DNA from: Pseudomonadota bacterium
GTDB lineage: Bacteria > Myxococcota > JACRCW01 > JAFGSX01
Direction: 5' to 3'
DNA length: 64,000 nt
Assembly (NCBI GenBank): GCA_043821645.1
Contig: JBDRCO010000023.1
Location: 169,141 to 233,140, forward strand
The notes under the pieces were generated by a model. The model did no database searches, was not told where the DNA came from, and saw only the letters and a program-made list of their open reading frames with translations. Below are positions 63,796 through 64,000 of this stretch, piece after piece. Position 1 is the stretch's first letter. Each line of letters starts with the position of its first letter. The translations under genes and the position numbers were made by a program.

Positions 63796-63999
63796 TTAGC
63801 GCAGCAGTCCACAGTGCTGGACCCGCACCGCTCCGCTCACCTGGTCTTCGAACACGCCTCTGTAGGGGAAGCTGAAGTCCACATCGTAGGTGCCGGGGTA
63901 GATCTTCATGCTGTAGGTGGTGCTGCCCCCGTCAAACTCGCGCGTGTAGGTGTAGCCGCTGTCCACCTCGACGAAACTCAGGCGCCACTCGGCGTAGGA
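63796..63999 (-). CDS. 3' end of a CDS running off the window edge (beta-rich, hypothetical)
   Basis: Open frame ...YSMKIYPGTYDVDFSFPYRGVFEDQVSGAVRVQHCGLLR* with GC3 bias. Confidence 0.6.
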   Translation of the reverse strand, partial: SYAEWRLSFVEVDSGYTYTREFDGGSTTYSMKIYPGTYDVDFSFPYRGVFEDQVSGAVRVQHCGLLR

Positions 64000-64000
64000 C

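Noticed and set aside
63761-63804. Terminator hairpin between cglD and the convergent gene (CTGCGCT/AGCGCAG)
   Set aside because: Large irregular loop, no U-tract, and one arm lies within the neighbouring CDS; insufficient support.

Overview
High-GC bacterial chromosomal window, most likely from Myxococcota or a related deltaproteobacterium. This assignment is inferred from a CglD-like lipoprotein, an MXAN_5187-like protein, a MYXO-CTERM-like tail, a Hanks kinase and Cys-rich lipoproteins. About 50 CDS can be supported. Core genes include rpoB-rpoC, map, panC and orn. I recognised no rRNA, tRNA, CRISPR array, transposase or integrase. Highlights: (1) a tightly coupled nine-gene anaerobic redox operon (9462-16521, minus) joins a four-subunit Vor-type 2-oxoacid:ferredoxin oxidoreductase to a NuoEF/G'-like (HydCBA/Bfu-type) module. 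The module has electron-bifurcation sequence signatures but no hydrogenase, formate dehydrogenase or AOR catalytic subunit, and the operon also carries a CooF-like polyferredoxin and an uncharacterised P-loop NTPase. (2) rpoBC is detached from rplKAJL and has a ~520-bp upstream region containing an attenuator-like hairpin. (3) A ~136-nt rod-like imperfect inverted repeat at 6219-6354 is an ncRNA candidate. (4) A DUF4912 protein with 18 histone-H1-like PKKAA(A/V) repeats lies beside a GH57 branching enzyme. (5) There is a thioester (CFEQ) alpha-2-macroglobulin lipoprotein. (6) An EEP lipoprotein, a beta-barrel and a UGPase-like DUF4301 protein form a cluster. All family calls come from motif recognition by eye, not database searches. 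Several start codons were moved relative to the supplied ORF track.
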